Positions 1-12,900 of a DNA stretch of 64,000 nucleotides are shown piece by piece. The DNA is taken from assembly GCA_025594325.1 (NCBI GenBank), contig JANHCV010000013.1, forward strand, positions 186,001 to 250,000. Reading direction: 5' to 3'. Numbering within the stretch: position 1 is the stretch's first letter; the number at the start of each line of letters is the position of its first letter. The notes under the pieces were generated by a model, which ran no database searches, was not told where the DNA came from, and saw only the letters and a program-made list of their open reading frames with translations. The translations under genes were made by a program, and so were the position numbers. This DNA is from Blastocladiella emersonii ATCC 22665 (taxonomy: Eukaryota; Fungi; Blastocladiomycota).

Positions 1-659
1 ATCGTAACGTCAAAGCAACAATGTATCTGACCATGGGAATATAGTAAACGAGCCCCGGAGATAATTGTCATGGTACGCAAACAAAACCATACTCAAGTCT
101 ATGCCTTCCCACATGTCCAGCTGGTTGGGGATCCATAAATCCCAGTATCGAACCAACAAGATATCTGACCATTGGACTATATGTAACCGATCCCGTAGGT
201 AATTGTCATGATACCCAAACAAAACCATATTCAAATCTTTCACATCCCGCATGTCCAGCTAGCCAGGGACCCATAAATCACAGTATCCAACCAACAAAGT
301 ATCTGACCAAAGAAAGATCATAAACCAGCCACGCAGATAATTGTCATGGTATTCAAACAAAACCATACTCAAATCTTCGAATACCCGATGTCCAGGTGGG
401 CAAGGGCCTATACATCACAGTGTTGAACCAACAAAGTATCTGACGATCGGGATGTATCAAACCGGCCATGCTGATAATTGTCATGGTACTCAAACATAAT
501 CATAGTCGAGTCTTCGAATATCCTCACGTCCACGTGGGCAAGGACCCAAAGCGCCAGGTATCCAAATCTACCCCGTTGTGCACACTCTCCATTATCCAAG
601 TCTGTCATCCTACAATTTTGGAACCCGTCGGCAAAGCTCACGGTCCAATCAACGAACAA

Positions 660-765
660 CAGCCAACCTGCCAACCTGGCTACCTACCTGCCTACCTGCC
701 TAGCTGGCTATCTGCCTACCTGCAAACCTGCCAACCTGCCCTACCTGCTAACCAAACACACACAC
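660..765. repeat. Degenerate (CCTA/CCTG)n and (CA)n microsatellite region, once per unit
   Basis: ccaacctgccaacctggctacctacctgcctacctgcc... followed by acacacacac. Confidence 0.85.
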
Positions 766-1642
766 CGCCTCGCAAGTCCTTGTGGGCCCGCGCTCTCTGG
801 TTGCCGTCCCAGCCAACAAAGGAATGAATGATGAGCCCTGGCAGCCTGGCAGCCTGCCACACTGACAGCCTGACAGCGCCCACCCAGTAGTTATTAGCTA
901 CCTCGTATGTCATCTGAGAGGGGTTCAGCAGTCAATATACGACTGGTCTCCTCCTGGCTGGCAGCTCTGCTGTCCACTCCAAGTCCTGCATGATGATGGG
1001 CCAAGGAGCGTTACGAGCAGCTCCTCTGTCTATCCGCGTGAAACCACTCACCCGCTGACGGATGTACACCACGCACCGTGCAGCGCGCACAGCGCACAGC
1101 GCCCAACGCACCACGCGCTGCGCACACGGCGCAAACGGCCACCCTGGTGACACGCACACTCGCATGAACGGCAGGCATGCAAGGCGTCCTGAACTCAACG
1201 ATGATATATCGTCTAGGTCTGCTCGCTCCAACGGGTGCGCCTGCCTGCCCTCCCTGTGCCATGGATTGATTGATTCATGTCCAGTGCTGCCCCCATGCTT
1301 GCTTTCATGGCCGCGGGGTCCGTCAGGACGCCTTGCAATGGGTGCGCCAACCCCTGTTGCCAGCCATGTGGCAAGAAACACCACAGCACCTGCGTCGCCC
1401 TGGCCACCGTACCTTGCAAACAGCGTAGCAGCCGTACTGCTTCAGAGGGCTGCAGAGGGCTGGCTGCGGAGGGCTGAGGCGGCAGGGCTCCTCCTGCAGG
1501 AGACAGTACTGGGGCCAAGGAGTTAGTGCTAGGGACTACTAACTGAATGGTGAATGACCCACACACCACATGCTCCTGGCAGGAGTGCGTGTGGGCGCGT
1601 GGGCCCGTGTCCGTGCGTGCCTGGATTAGTCCTCCATCACAA

Positions 1643-1692
1643 GTGACCAAGGTGACCAAGGTGACCAAGGTGACCAAGGTGACCAAGGTGAC
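1643..1692. repeat. (GTGACCAAG)x5.5 perfect 9-mer minisatellite, once per unit
   Basis: Read directly from the sequence; copy number is unchanged in all seven units. Confidence 0.97.
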
Positions 1693-1825
1693 ATGCAAGC
1701 ACCAAGTTAGAGCGGCGGGGCAGCCATGGAAAGAAGGGCACAGGTACAAACTACCGTACCCTGGCCGCGGCCACTTGTCGCAGAACAGCCCTGCATGGCT
1801 CAGGACGCGGCGGGCGTTGGAGACA

Positions 1826-1857
1826 GGGTAGGTAGGTAGGTAGCAGCAGCAGCAGCA
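1826..1857. repeat. (GGTA)n(GCA)n microsatellite, once per unit
   Basis: gggtaggtaggtaggtagcagcagcagcagc. Confidence 0.9.
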
Positions 1858-2305
1858 AGGAGCAGGACCTGGCTGGCAAACAACACAAGTGAAGGCGTGC
1901 GTGATGGAGTGAGAGAGTGTTGAATGAATGGATGGGTGGATGCGATGCAGACCAGCATACGTGTCGTGCGTCGTCCGGATTGGTCGGCGACCACCCGCCA
2001 ATCCTGCGGCATGGCTGTGGGGGCGGCAGTGGTGGTAGTGGAGCTAGAGTGGTGTCGTGGGGCTGGTGGGGTCCCCTCTCCTTCCTGTCTCGCCTAGGTG
2101 GGTGGGCGGACGTAGCGCGCATGCGGGCGGGCAAGGTAGGAACGTTGTTCAAGCAATGGATCATGTACTTTATGGCATGTGATCTGCAAGACAGGGAGGG
2201 GGAGCGACTGTGTCTAATTTTGACCGAGGGACCTTGCTGCAGCCAACGTCTGGCCCAATCCGACCCTCCACAAATCGCAACATGCACGAAACAAATTAGC
2301 TGACG

Positions 2306-3665
2306 TTTGGGATGTACCAAACCAGCCACGTAGATAACTTTCATGGTACTCAAACAAGACCATACTCAAATCTTTGACTTCCTGCATGTCCAGCTAGCCA
2401 GGCTTCTGTAAATCACATTGATGACGCAACAAAATATCTGGCCATAAGAATATTGTAAACCAGCCACTCTGGCAATTGTCATGGCACTCAAACAAAACCA
2501 TATTCAAATCTTCGACTTCCCGCATGCCCATGTGGGCAAGGACCTATAAATCACAGTATCGAACCAACAAAATATCTGACCATAGAAACATAGTATACCA
2601 GCCACGAGGACAATTGTCATGGTACTCAAACAAAACCATATTCAAATCTTTGACTATTCACATGTCTAGCTGGTTGGCGACCCATAAATCGTAACATTGG
2701 AGCAACAAAATATCTGACCACGGAAATACAGTAAACAAGCCCCGGAGATAATTGTCATGGTTCTCAAACAAAACCATATTCAGATCTTTGAATACCCCAT
2801 GTCCAGGTGGTTGGGGGCCCAGAAATCGTAACATCGAACCAACAAAATATTTGACCATAGAAATATACTAAACCAGCCACGTACGTAATTGTCGCGTTAC
2901 TTAAACAAAACCATACTCAAAACTTTGACTTCCCGCATGTTCACCTAGCCAGGTACCCATAAATCACAGTATCGAGCCAACAAAAGATCTGACAATGGAA
3001 ATATAGTAAACCGGCCGCGGAGAGAATTCTCATGGTACTCAAATGAAACCATACTCAAATCTATGACTTCCCACATGTCCAGCTGGTTGAGGACCCATAA
3101 ATCGTAACGTCAAAGCAACAATGTATCTGACCATGGGAATATAGTAAACGAGCCCCGGAGATAATTGTCATGGTACGCAAACAAAACCATACTCAAGTCT
3201 ATGCCTTCCCACATGTCCAGCTGGTTGGGGATCCATAAATCCCAGTATCGAACCAACAAGATATCTGACCATTGGACTATATGTAACCGATCCCGTAGGT
3301 AATTGTCATGATACCCAAACAAAACCATATTCAAATCTTTCACATCCCGCATGTCCAGCTAGCCAGGGACCCATAAATCACAGTATCCAACCAACAAAGT
3401 ATCTGACCAAAGAAAGATCATAAACCAGCCACGCAGATAATTGTCATGGTATTCAAACAAAACCATACTCAAATCTTCGAATACCCGATGTCCAGGTGGG
3501 CAAGGGCCTATACATCACAGTGTTGAACCAACAAAGTATCTGACGATCGGGATGTATCAAACCGGCCATGCTGATAATTGTCATGGTACTCAAACATAAT
3601 CATAGTCGAGTCTTCGAATATCCTCACGTCCACGTGGGCAAGGACCCAAAGCGCCAGGTATCCAA
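2306..3665. repeat. Block of ten diverged ~138-bp monomers; recurs in every unit (also ~5430-6790, 8555-9910, 11680-13035, 14800-16160, 17925-19285 and the partial block 1-560)
   Basis: The anchor AATTGTCATG-like motif lies at 2336, 2474, 2612, 2750, 2887, 3025, 3163, 3301, 3439 and 3576 (spacing 137-138). Conserved core: ataattgtcatggtactcaaacaaaaccatattcaaatct. Confidence 0.97.
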
Positions 3666-3945
3666 ATCTACCCCGTTGTGCACACTCTCCATTATCCAAG
3701 TCTGTCATCCTACAATTTTGGAACCCGTCGGCAAAGCTCACGGTCCAATCAACGAACAACAGCCAACCTGCCAACCTGGCTACCTACCTGCCTACCTGCC
3801 TAGCTGGCTATCTGCCTACCTGCAAACCTGCCAACCTGCCCTACCTGCTAACCAGACACACACACCGCCTCGCAAGTCCTTGTGGGCCCGCGCTCTCTGG
3901 TTGCCGTCCCAGCCAACAAAGGAATGAATGATGAGCCCTGGCAGC

Positions 3946-3993
3946 CTGGCAGCCTGCCACACTGACAGCCTGGCAGCCTGCCACACTGACAGC
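3946..3993. repeat. 24-bp tandem duplication (CTGGCAGCCTGCCACACTGACAGC)x2; single copy in unit 1 (846-869), double in units 2-7
   Basis: Accounts exactly for the 3100 vs 3124 bp period difference. Confidence 0.95.
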
Positions 3994-6900
3994 CTGACAG
4001 CGCCCACCCAGTAGTTATTAGCTACCTCGTATGTCATCTGAGAGGGGTTCAGCAGTCAATATACGACTGGTCTCCTCCTGGCTGGCAGCTCTGCTGTCCA
4101 CTCCAAGTCCTGCATGATGATGGGCCAAGGAGCGTTACGAGCAGCTCCTCTGTCTATCCGCGTGAAACCACTCACCCGCTGACGGATGTACACCACGCAC
4201 CGTGCAGCGCGCACAGCGCACAGCGCCCAACGCACCACGCGCTGCGCACACGGCGCAAACGGCCACCCTGGTGACACGCACACTCGCATGAACGGCAGGC
4301 ATGCAAGGCGTCCTGAACTCAACGATGATATATCGTCTAGGTCTGCTCGCTCCAACGGGTGCGCCTGCCTGCCCTCCCTGTGCCATGGATTGATTGATTC
4401 ATGTCCAGTGCTGCCCCCATGCTTGCTTTCATGGCCGCGGGGTCCGTCAGGACGCCTTGCAATGGGTGCGCCAACCCCTGTTGCCAGCCATGTGGCAAGA
4501 AACACCACAGCACCTGCGTCGCCCTGGCCACCGTACCTTGCAAACAGCGTAGCAGCCGTACTGCTTCAGAGGGCTGCAGAGGGCTGGCTGCGGAGGGCTG
4601 AGGCGGCAGGGCTCCTCCTGCAGGAGACAGTACTGGGGCCAAGGAGTTAGTGCTAGGGACTACTAACTGAATGGTGAATGACCCACACACCACATGCTCC
4701 TGGCAGGAGTGCGTGTGGGCGCGTGGGCCCGTGTCCGTGCGTGCCTGGATTAGTCCTCCATCACAAGTGACCAAGGTGACCAAGGTGACCAAGGTGACCA
4801 AGGTGACCAAGGTGACATGCAAGCACCAAGTTAGAGCGGCGGGGCAGCCATGGAAAGAAGGGCACAGGTACAAACTACCGTACCCTGGCCGCGGCCACTT
4901 GTCGCAGAACAGCCCTGCATGGCTCAGGACGCGGCGGGCGTTGGAGACAGGGTAGGTAGGTAGGTAGCAGCAGCAGCAGCAAGGAGCAGGACCTGGCTGG
5001 CAAACAACACAAGTGAAGGCGTGCGTGATGGAGTGAGAGAGTGTTGAATGAATGGATGGGTGGATGCGATGCAGACCAGCATACGTGTCGTGCGTCGTCC
5101 GGATTGGTCGGCGACCACCCGCCAATCCTGCGGCATGGCTGTGGGGGCGGCAGTGGTGGTAGTGGAGCTAGAGTGGTGTCGTGGGGCTGGTGGGGTCCCC
5201 TCTCCTTCCTGTCTCGCCTAGGTGGGTGGGCGGACGTAGCGCGCATGCGGGCGGGCAAGGTAGGAACGTTGTTCAAGCAATGGATCATGTACTTTATGGC
5301 ATGTGATCTGCAAGACAGGGAGGGGGAGCGACTGTGTCTAATTTTGACCGAGGGACCTTGCTGCAGCCAACGTCTGGCCCAATCCGACCCTCCACAAATC
5401 GCAACATGCACGAAACAAATTAGCTGACGTTTGGGATGTACCAAACCAGCCACGTAGATAACTTTCATGGTACTCAAACAAGACCATACTCAAATCTTTG
5501 ACTTCCTGCATGTCCAGCTAGCCAGGCTTCTGTAAATCACATTGATGACGCAACAAAATATCTGGCCATAAGAATATTGTAAACCAGCCACTCTGGCAAT
5601 TGTCATGGCACTCAAACAAAACCATATTCAAATCTTCGACTTCCCGCATGCCCATGTGGGCAAGGACCTATAAATCACAGTATCGAACCAACAAAATATC
5701 TGACCATAGAAACATAGTATACCAGCCACGAGGACAATTGTCATGGTACTCAAACAAAACCATATTCAAATCTTTGACTATTCACATGTCTAGCTGGTTG
5801 GCGACCCATAAATCGTAACATTGGAGCAACAAAATATCTGACCACGGAAATACAGTAAACAAGCCCCGGAGATAATTGTCATGGTTCTCAAACAAAACCA
5901 TATTCAGATCTTTGAATACCCCATGTCCAGGTGGTTGGGGGCCCAGAAATCGTAACATCGAACCAACAAAATATTTGACCATAGAAATATACTAAACCAG
6001 CCACGTACGTAATTGTCGCGTTACTTAAACAAAACCATACTCAAAACTTTGACTTCCCGCATGTTCACCTAGCCAGGTACCCATAAATCACAGTATCGAG
6101 CCAACAAAAGATCTGACAATGGAAATATAGTAAACCGGCCGCGGAGAGAATTCTCATGGTACTCAAATGAAACCATACTCAAATCTATGACTTCCCACAT
6201 GTCCAGCTGGTTGAGGACCCATAAATCGTAACGTCAAAGCAACAATGTATCTGACCATGGGAATATAGTAAACGAGCCCCGGAGATAATTGTCATGGTAC
6301 GCAAACAAAACCATACTCAAGTCTATGCCTTCCCACATGTCCAGCTGGTTGGGGATCCATAAATCCCAGTATCGAACCAACAAGATATCTGACCATTGGA
6401 CTATATGTAACCGATCCCGTAGGTAATTGTCATGATACCCAAACAAAACCATATTCAAATCTTTCACATCCCGCATGTCCAGCTAGCCAGGGACCCATAA
6501 ATCACAGTATCCAACCAACAAAGTATCTGACCAAAGAAAGATCATAAACCAGCCACGCAGATAATTGTCATGGTATTCAAACAAAACCATACTCAAATCT
6601 TCGAATACCCGATGTCCAGGTGGGCAAGGGCCTATACATCACAGTGTTGAACCAACAAAGTATCTGACGATCGGGATGTATCAAACCGGCCATGCTGATA
6701 ATTGTCATGGTACTCAAACATAATCATAGTCGAGTCTTCGAATATCCTCACGTCCACGTGGGCAAGGACCCAAAGCGCCAGGTATCCAAATCTACCCCGT
6801 TGTGCACACTCTCCATTATCCAAGTCTGTCATCCTACAATTTTGGAACCCGTCGGCAAAGCTCACGGTCCAATCAACGAACAACAGCCAACCTGCCAACC

Positions 6901-9900
6901 TGGCTACCTACCTGCCTACCTGCCTAGCTGGCTATCTGCCTACCTGCAAACCTGCCAACCTGCCCTACCTGCTAACCAAACACACACACCGCCTCGCAAG
7001 TCCTTGTGGGCCCGCGCTCTCTGGTTGCCGTCCCAGCCAACAAAGGAATGAATGATGAGCCCTGGCAGCCTGGCAGCCTGCCACACTGACAGCCTGGCAG
7101 CCTGCCACACTGACAGCCTGACAGCGCCCACCCAGTAGTTATTAGCTACCTCGTATGTCGTCTGAGAGGGGTTCAGCAGTCAATATACGACTGGTCTCCT
7201 CCTGGCTGGCAGCTCTGCTGTCCACTCCAAGTCCTGCATGATGATGGGCCAAGGAGCGTTACGAGCAGCTCCTCTGTCTATCCGCGTGAAACCACTCACC
7301 CGCTGACGGATGTACACCACGCACCGTGCAGCGCGCACAGCGCACAGCGCCCAACGCACCACGCGCTGCGCACACGGCGCAAACGGCCACCCTGGTGACA
7401 CGCACACTCGCATGAACGGCAGGCATGCAAGGCGTCCTGAACTCAACGATGATATATCGTCTAGGTCTGCTCGCTCCAACGGGTGCGCCTGCCTGCCCTC
7501 CCTGTGCCATGGATTGATTGATTCATGTCCAGTGCTGCCCCCATGCTTGCTTTCATGGCCGCGGGGTCCGTCAGGACGCCTTGCAATGGGTGCGCCAACC
7601 CCTGTTGCCAGCCATGTGGCAAGAAACACCACAGCACCTGCGTCGCCCTGGCCACCGTACCTTGCAAACAGCGTAGCAGCCGTACTGCTTCAGAGGGCTG
7701 CAGAGGGCTGGCTGCGGAGGGCTGAGGCGGCAGGGCTCCTCCTGCAGGAGACAGTACTGGGGCCAAGGAGTTAGTGCTAGGGACTACTAACTGAATGGTG
7801 AATGACCCACACACCACATGCTCCTGGCAGGAGTGCGTGTGGGCGCGTGGGCCCGTGTCCGTGCGTGCCTGGATTAGTCCTCCATCACAAGTGACCAAGG
7901 TGACCAAGGTGACCAAGGTGACCAAGGTGACCAAGGTGACATGCAAGCACCAAGTTAGAGCGGCGGGGCAGCCATGGAAAGAAGGGCACAGGTACAAACT
8001 ACCGTACCCTGGCCGCGGCCACTTGTCGCAGAACAGCCCTGCATGGCTCAGGACGCGGCGGGCGTTGGAGACAGGGTAGGTAGGTAGGTAGCAGCAGCAG
8101 CAGCAAGGAGCAGGACCTGGCTGGCAAACAACACAAGTGAAGGCGTGCGTGATGGAGTGAGAGAGTGTTGAATGAATGGATGGGTGGATGCGATGCAGAC
8201 CAGCATACGTGTCGTGCGTCGTCCGGATTGGTCGGCGACCACCCGCCAATCCTGCGGCATGGCTGTGGGGGCGGCAGTGGTGGTAGTGGAGCTAGAGTGG
8301 TGTCGTGGGGCTGGTGGGGTCCCCTCTCCTTCCTGTCTCGCCTAGGTGGGTGGGCGGACGTAGCGCGCATGCGGGCGGGCAAGGTAGGAACGTTGTTCAA
8401 GCAATGGATCATGTACTTTATGGCATGTGATCTGCAAGACAGGGAGGGGGAGCGACTGTGTCTAATTTTGACCGAGGGACCTTGCTGCAGCCAACGTCTG
8501 GCCCAATCCGACCCTCCACAAATCGCAACATGCACGAAACAAATTAGCTGACGTTTGGGATGTACCAAACCAGCCACGTAGATAATTTTCATGGTACTCA
8601 AACAAGACCATACTCAAATCTTTGACTTCCTGCATGTCCAGCTAGCCAGGCTTCTGTAAATCACATTAATGACGCAACAAAATATCTGGCCATAAAAATA
8701 TTGTAAACCAGCCACTCTGGCAATTGTCATGGCACTCAAACAAAACCATATTCAAATCTTCGACTTCCCGCATGCCCATGTGGGCAAGGACCTATAAATC
8801 ACAGTATCGAACCAACAAAATATCTGACCATAGAAACATAGTATACCAGCCACGAGGACAATTGTCATGGTACTCAAACAAAACCATATTCAAATCTTTG
8901 ACTATTCACATGTCTAGCTGGTTGGCGACCCATAAATCGTAACATTGGAGCAACAAAATATCTGACCACGGAAATACAGTAAACAAGCCCCGGAGATAAT
9001 TGTCATGGTTCTCAAACAAAACCATATTCAGATCTTTGAATACCCCATGTCCAGGTGGTTGGGGGCCCAGAAATCGTAACATCGAACCAACAAAATATTT
9101 GACCATAGAAATATACTAAACCAGCCACGTACGTAATTGTCGCGTTACTTAAACAAAACCATACTCAAAACTTTGACTTCCCGCATGTTCACCTAGCCAG
9201 GTACCCATAAATCACAGTATCGAGCCAACAAAAGATCTGACAATGGAAATATAGTAAACCGGCCGCGGAGAGAATTCTCATGGTACTCAAATGAAACCAT
9301 ACTCAAATCTATGACTTCCCACATGTCCAGCTGGTTGAGGACCCATAAATCGTAACGTCAAAGCAACAATGTATCTGACCATGGGAATATAGTAAACGAG
9401 CCCCGGAGATAATTGTCATGGTACGCAAACAAAACCATACTCAAGTCTATGCCTTCCCACATGTCCAGCTGGTTGGGGATCCATAAATCCCAGTATCGAA
9501 CCAACAAGATATCTGACCATTGGACTATATGTAACCGATCCCGTAGGTAATTGTCATGATACCCAAACAAAACCATATTCAAATCTTTCACATCCCGCAT
9601 GTCCAGCTAGCCAGGGACCCATAAATCACAGTATCCAACCAACAAAGTATCTGACCAAAGAAAGATCATAAACCAGCCACGCAGATAATTGTCATGGTAT
9701 TCAAACAAAACCATACTCAAATCTTCGAATACCCGATGTCCAGGTGGGCAAGGGCCTATACATCACAGTGTTGAACCAACAAAGTATCTGACGATCGGGA
9801 TGTATCAAACCGGCCATGCTGATAATCGTCATGGTACTCAAACATAATCATAGTCGAGTCTTCGAATATCCTCACGTCCACGTGGGCAAGGACCCAAAGC

Positions 9901-12900
9901 GCCAGGTATCCAAATCTACCCCGTTGTGCACACTCTCCATTATCCAAGTCTGTCATCCTACAATTTTGGAACCCGTCGGCAAAGCTCACGGTCCAATCAA
10001 CGAACAACAGCCAACCTGCCAACCTGGCTACCTACCTGCCTACCTGCCTAGCTGGCTATCTGCCTACCTGCAAACCTGCCAACCTGCCCTACCTGCTAAC
10101 CAGACACACACACCGCCTCGCAAGTCCTTGTGGGCCCGCGCTCTCTGGTTGCCGTCCCAGCCAACAAAGGAATGAATGATGAGCCCTGGCAGCCTGGCAG
10201 CCTGCCACACTGACAGCCTGGCAGCCTGCCACACTGACAGCCTGACAGCGCCCACCCAGTAGTTATTAGCTACCTCGTATGTCGTCTGAGAGGGGTTCAG
10301 CAGTCAATATACGACTGGTCTCCTCCTGGCTGGCAGCTCTGCTGTCCACTCCAAGTCCTGCATGATGATGGGCCAAGGAGCGTTACGAGCAGCTCCTCTG
10401 TCTATCCGCGTGAAACCACTCACCCGCTGACGGATGTACACCACGCACCGTGCAGCGCGCACAGCGCACAGCGCCCAACGCACCACGCGCTGCGCACACG
10501 GCGCAAACGGCCACCCTGGTGACACGCACACTCGCATGAACGGCAGGCATGCAAGGCGTCCTGAACTCAACGATGATATATCGTCTAGGTCTGCTCGCTC
10601 CAACGGGTGCGCCTGCCTGCCCTCCCTGTGCCATGGATTGATTGATTCATGTCCAGTGCTGCCCCCATGCTTGCTTTCATGGCCGCGGGGTCCGTCAGGA
10701 CGCCTTGCAATGGGTGCGCCAACCCCTGTTGCCAGCCATGTGGCAAGAAACACCACAGCACCTGCGTCGCCCTGGCCACCGTACCTTGCAAACAGCGTAG
10801 CAGCCGTACTGCTTCAGAGGGCTGCAGAGGGCTGGCTGCGGAGGGCTGAGGCGGCAGGGCTCCTCCTGCAGGAGACAGTACTGGGGCCAAGGAGTTAGTG
10901 CTAGGGACTACTAACTGAATGGTGAATGACCCACACACCACATGCTCCTGGCAGGAGTGCGTGTGGGCGCGTGGGCCCGTGTCCGTGCGTGCCTGGATTA
11001 GTCCTCCATCACAAGTGACCAAGGTGACCAAGGTGACCAAGGTGACCAAGGTGACCAAGGTGACATGCAAGCACCAAGTTAGAGCGGCGGGGCAGCCATG
11101 GAAAGAAGGGCACAGGTACAAACTACCGTACCCTGGCCGCGGCCACTTGTCGCAGAACAGCCCTGCATGGCTCAGGACGCGGCGGGCGTTGGAGACAGGG
11201 TAGGTAGGTAGGTAGCAGCAGCAGCAGCAAGGAGCAGGACCTGGCTGGCAAACAACACAAGTGAAGGCGTGCGTGATGGAGTGAGAGAGTGTTGAATGAA
11301 TGGATGGGTGGATGCGATGCAGACCAGCATACGTGTCGTGCGTCGTCCGGATTGGTCGGCGACCACCCGCCAATCCTGCGGCATGGCTGTGGGGGCGGCA
11401 GTGGTGGTAGTGGAGCTAGAGTGGTGTCGTGGGGCTGGTGGGGTCCCCTCTCCTTCCTGTCTCGCCTAGGTGGGTGGGCGGACGTAGCGCGCATGCGGGC
11501 GGGCAAGGTAGGAACGTTGTTCAAGCAATGGATCATGTACTTTATGGCATGTGATCTGCAAGACAGGGAGGGGGAGCGACTGTGTCTAATTTTGACCGAG
11601 GGACCTTGCTGCAGCCAACGTCTGGCCCAATCCGACCCTCCACAAATCGCAACATGCACGAAACAAATTAGCTGACGTTTGGGATGTACCAAACCAGCCA
11701 CGTAGATAACTTTCATGGTACTCAAACAAGACCATACTCAAATCTTTGACTTCCTGCATGTCCAGCTAGCCAGGCTTCTGTAAATCACATTGATGACGCA
11801 ACAAAATATCTGGCCATAAGAATATTGTAAACCAGCCACTCTGGCAATTGTCATGGCACTCAAACAAAACCATATTCAAATCTTCGACTTCCCGCATGCC
11901 CATGTGGGCAAGGACCTATAAATCACAGTATCGAACCAACAAAATATCTGACCATAGAAACATAGTATACCAGCCACGAGGACAATTGTCATGGTACTCA
12001 AACAAAACCATATTCAAATCTTTGACTATTCACATGTCTAGCTGGTTGGCGACCCATAAATCGTAACATTGGAGCAACAAAATATCTGACCACGGAAATA
12101 CAGTAAACAAGCCCCGGAGATAATTGTCATGGTTCTCAAACAAAACCATATTCAGATCTTTGAATACCCCATGTCCAGGTGGTTGGGGGCCCAGAAATCG
12201 TAACATCGAACCAACAAAATATTTGACCATAGAAATATACTAAACCAGCCACGTACGTAATTGTCGCGTTACTTAAACAAAACCATACTCAAAACTTTGA
12301 CTTCCCGCATGTTCACCTAGCCAGGTACCCATAAATCACAGTATCGAGCCAACAAAAGATCTGACAATGGAAATATAGTAAACCGGCCGCGGAGAGAATT
12401 CTCATGGTACTCAAATGAAACCATACTCAAATCTATGACTTCCCACATGTCCAGCTGGTTGAGGACCCATAAATCGTAACGTCAAAGCAACAATGTATCT
12501 GACCATGGGAATATAGTAAACGAGCCCCGGAGATAATTGTCATGGTACGCAAACAAAACCATACTCAAGTCTATGCCTTCCCACATGTCCAGCTGGTTGG
12601 GGATCCATAAATCCCAGTATCGAACCAACAAGATATCTGACCATTGGACTATATGTAACCGATCCCGTAGGTAATTGTCATGATACCCAAACAAAACCAT
12701 ATTCAAATCTTTCACATCCCGCATGTCCAGCTAGCCAGGGACCCATAAATCACAGTATCCAACCAACAAAGTATCTGACCAAAGAAAGATCATAAACCAG
12801 CCACGCAGATAATTGTCATGGTATTCAAACAAAACCATACTCAAATCTTCGAATACCCGATGTCCAGGTGGGCAAGGGCCTATACATCACAGTGTTGAAC

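Noticed and set aside
985-1065. C/D snoRNA (ATGATGA at 990, CTGA at 1055)
   Set aside because: The terminal stem is poorly placed, there are no C'/D' boxes or recognisable guide, and such short boxes occur by chance.
1950-2004. Helitron head-to-tail junction (minus-strand hairpin, then CTGG|TC)
   Set aside because: The hairpin is ~21 nt from the CTRR, longer than typical; there is no Rep/helicase, and no independent support for this being the unit boundary.
560-2305. 5S rRNA, tRNA or snRNA gene as the reason for the tandem array
   Set aside because: I found no 5S, U1/U2/U6 or cloverleaf hallmark on either strand. An Infernal/Rfam scan would be the decisive test.
408-2353. ORFs of 60-262 aa repeated in every array unit
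   Set aside because: They overlap on both strands, translate microsatellites (VTKVTK, LVTLVT, CCCCC), show no domain motifs and lack the codon bias of real genes here.
2306-3665. 138-bp monomer as a 46-aa protein repeat (minus-strand consensus LRGWFTIFLWSDILLVRYCDLWVPGQLDMREVKDLNMVLFEYHDNY is open)
   Set aside because: Stops recur in several monomers (the CTAGCC subtype gives TAG), two monomers are 137 bp, and changes are not concentrated at third positions. One open frame out of six in 46 codons is unremarkable.
2306-3665. CRISPR-like repeat-spacer array
   Set aside because: Monomers are homologous along their whole length, with no invariant repeat plus unique spacer and no cas genes; the context is eukaryotic.
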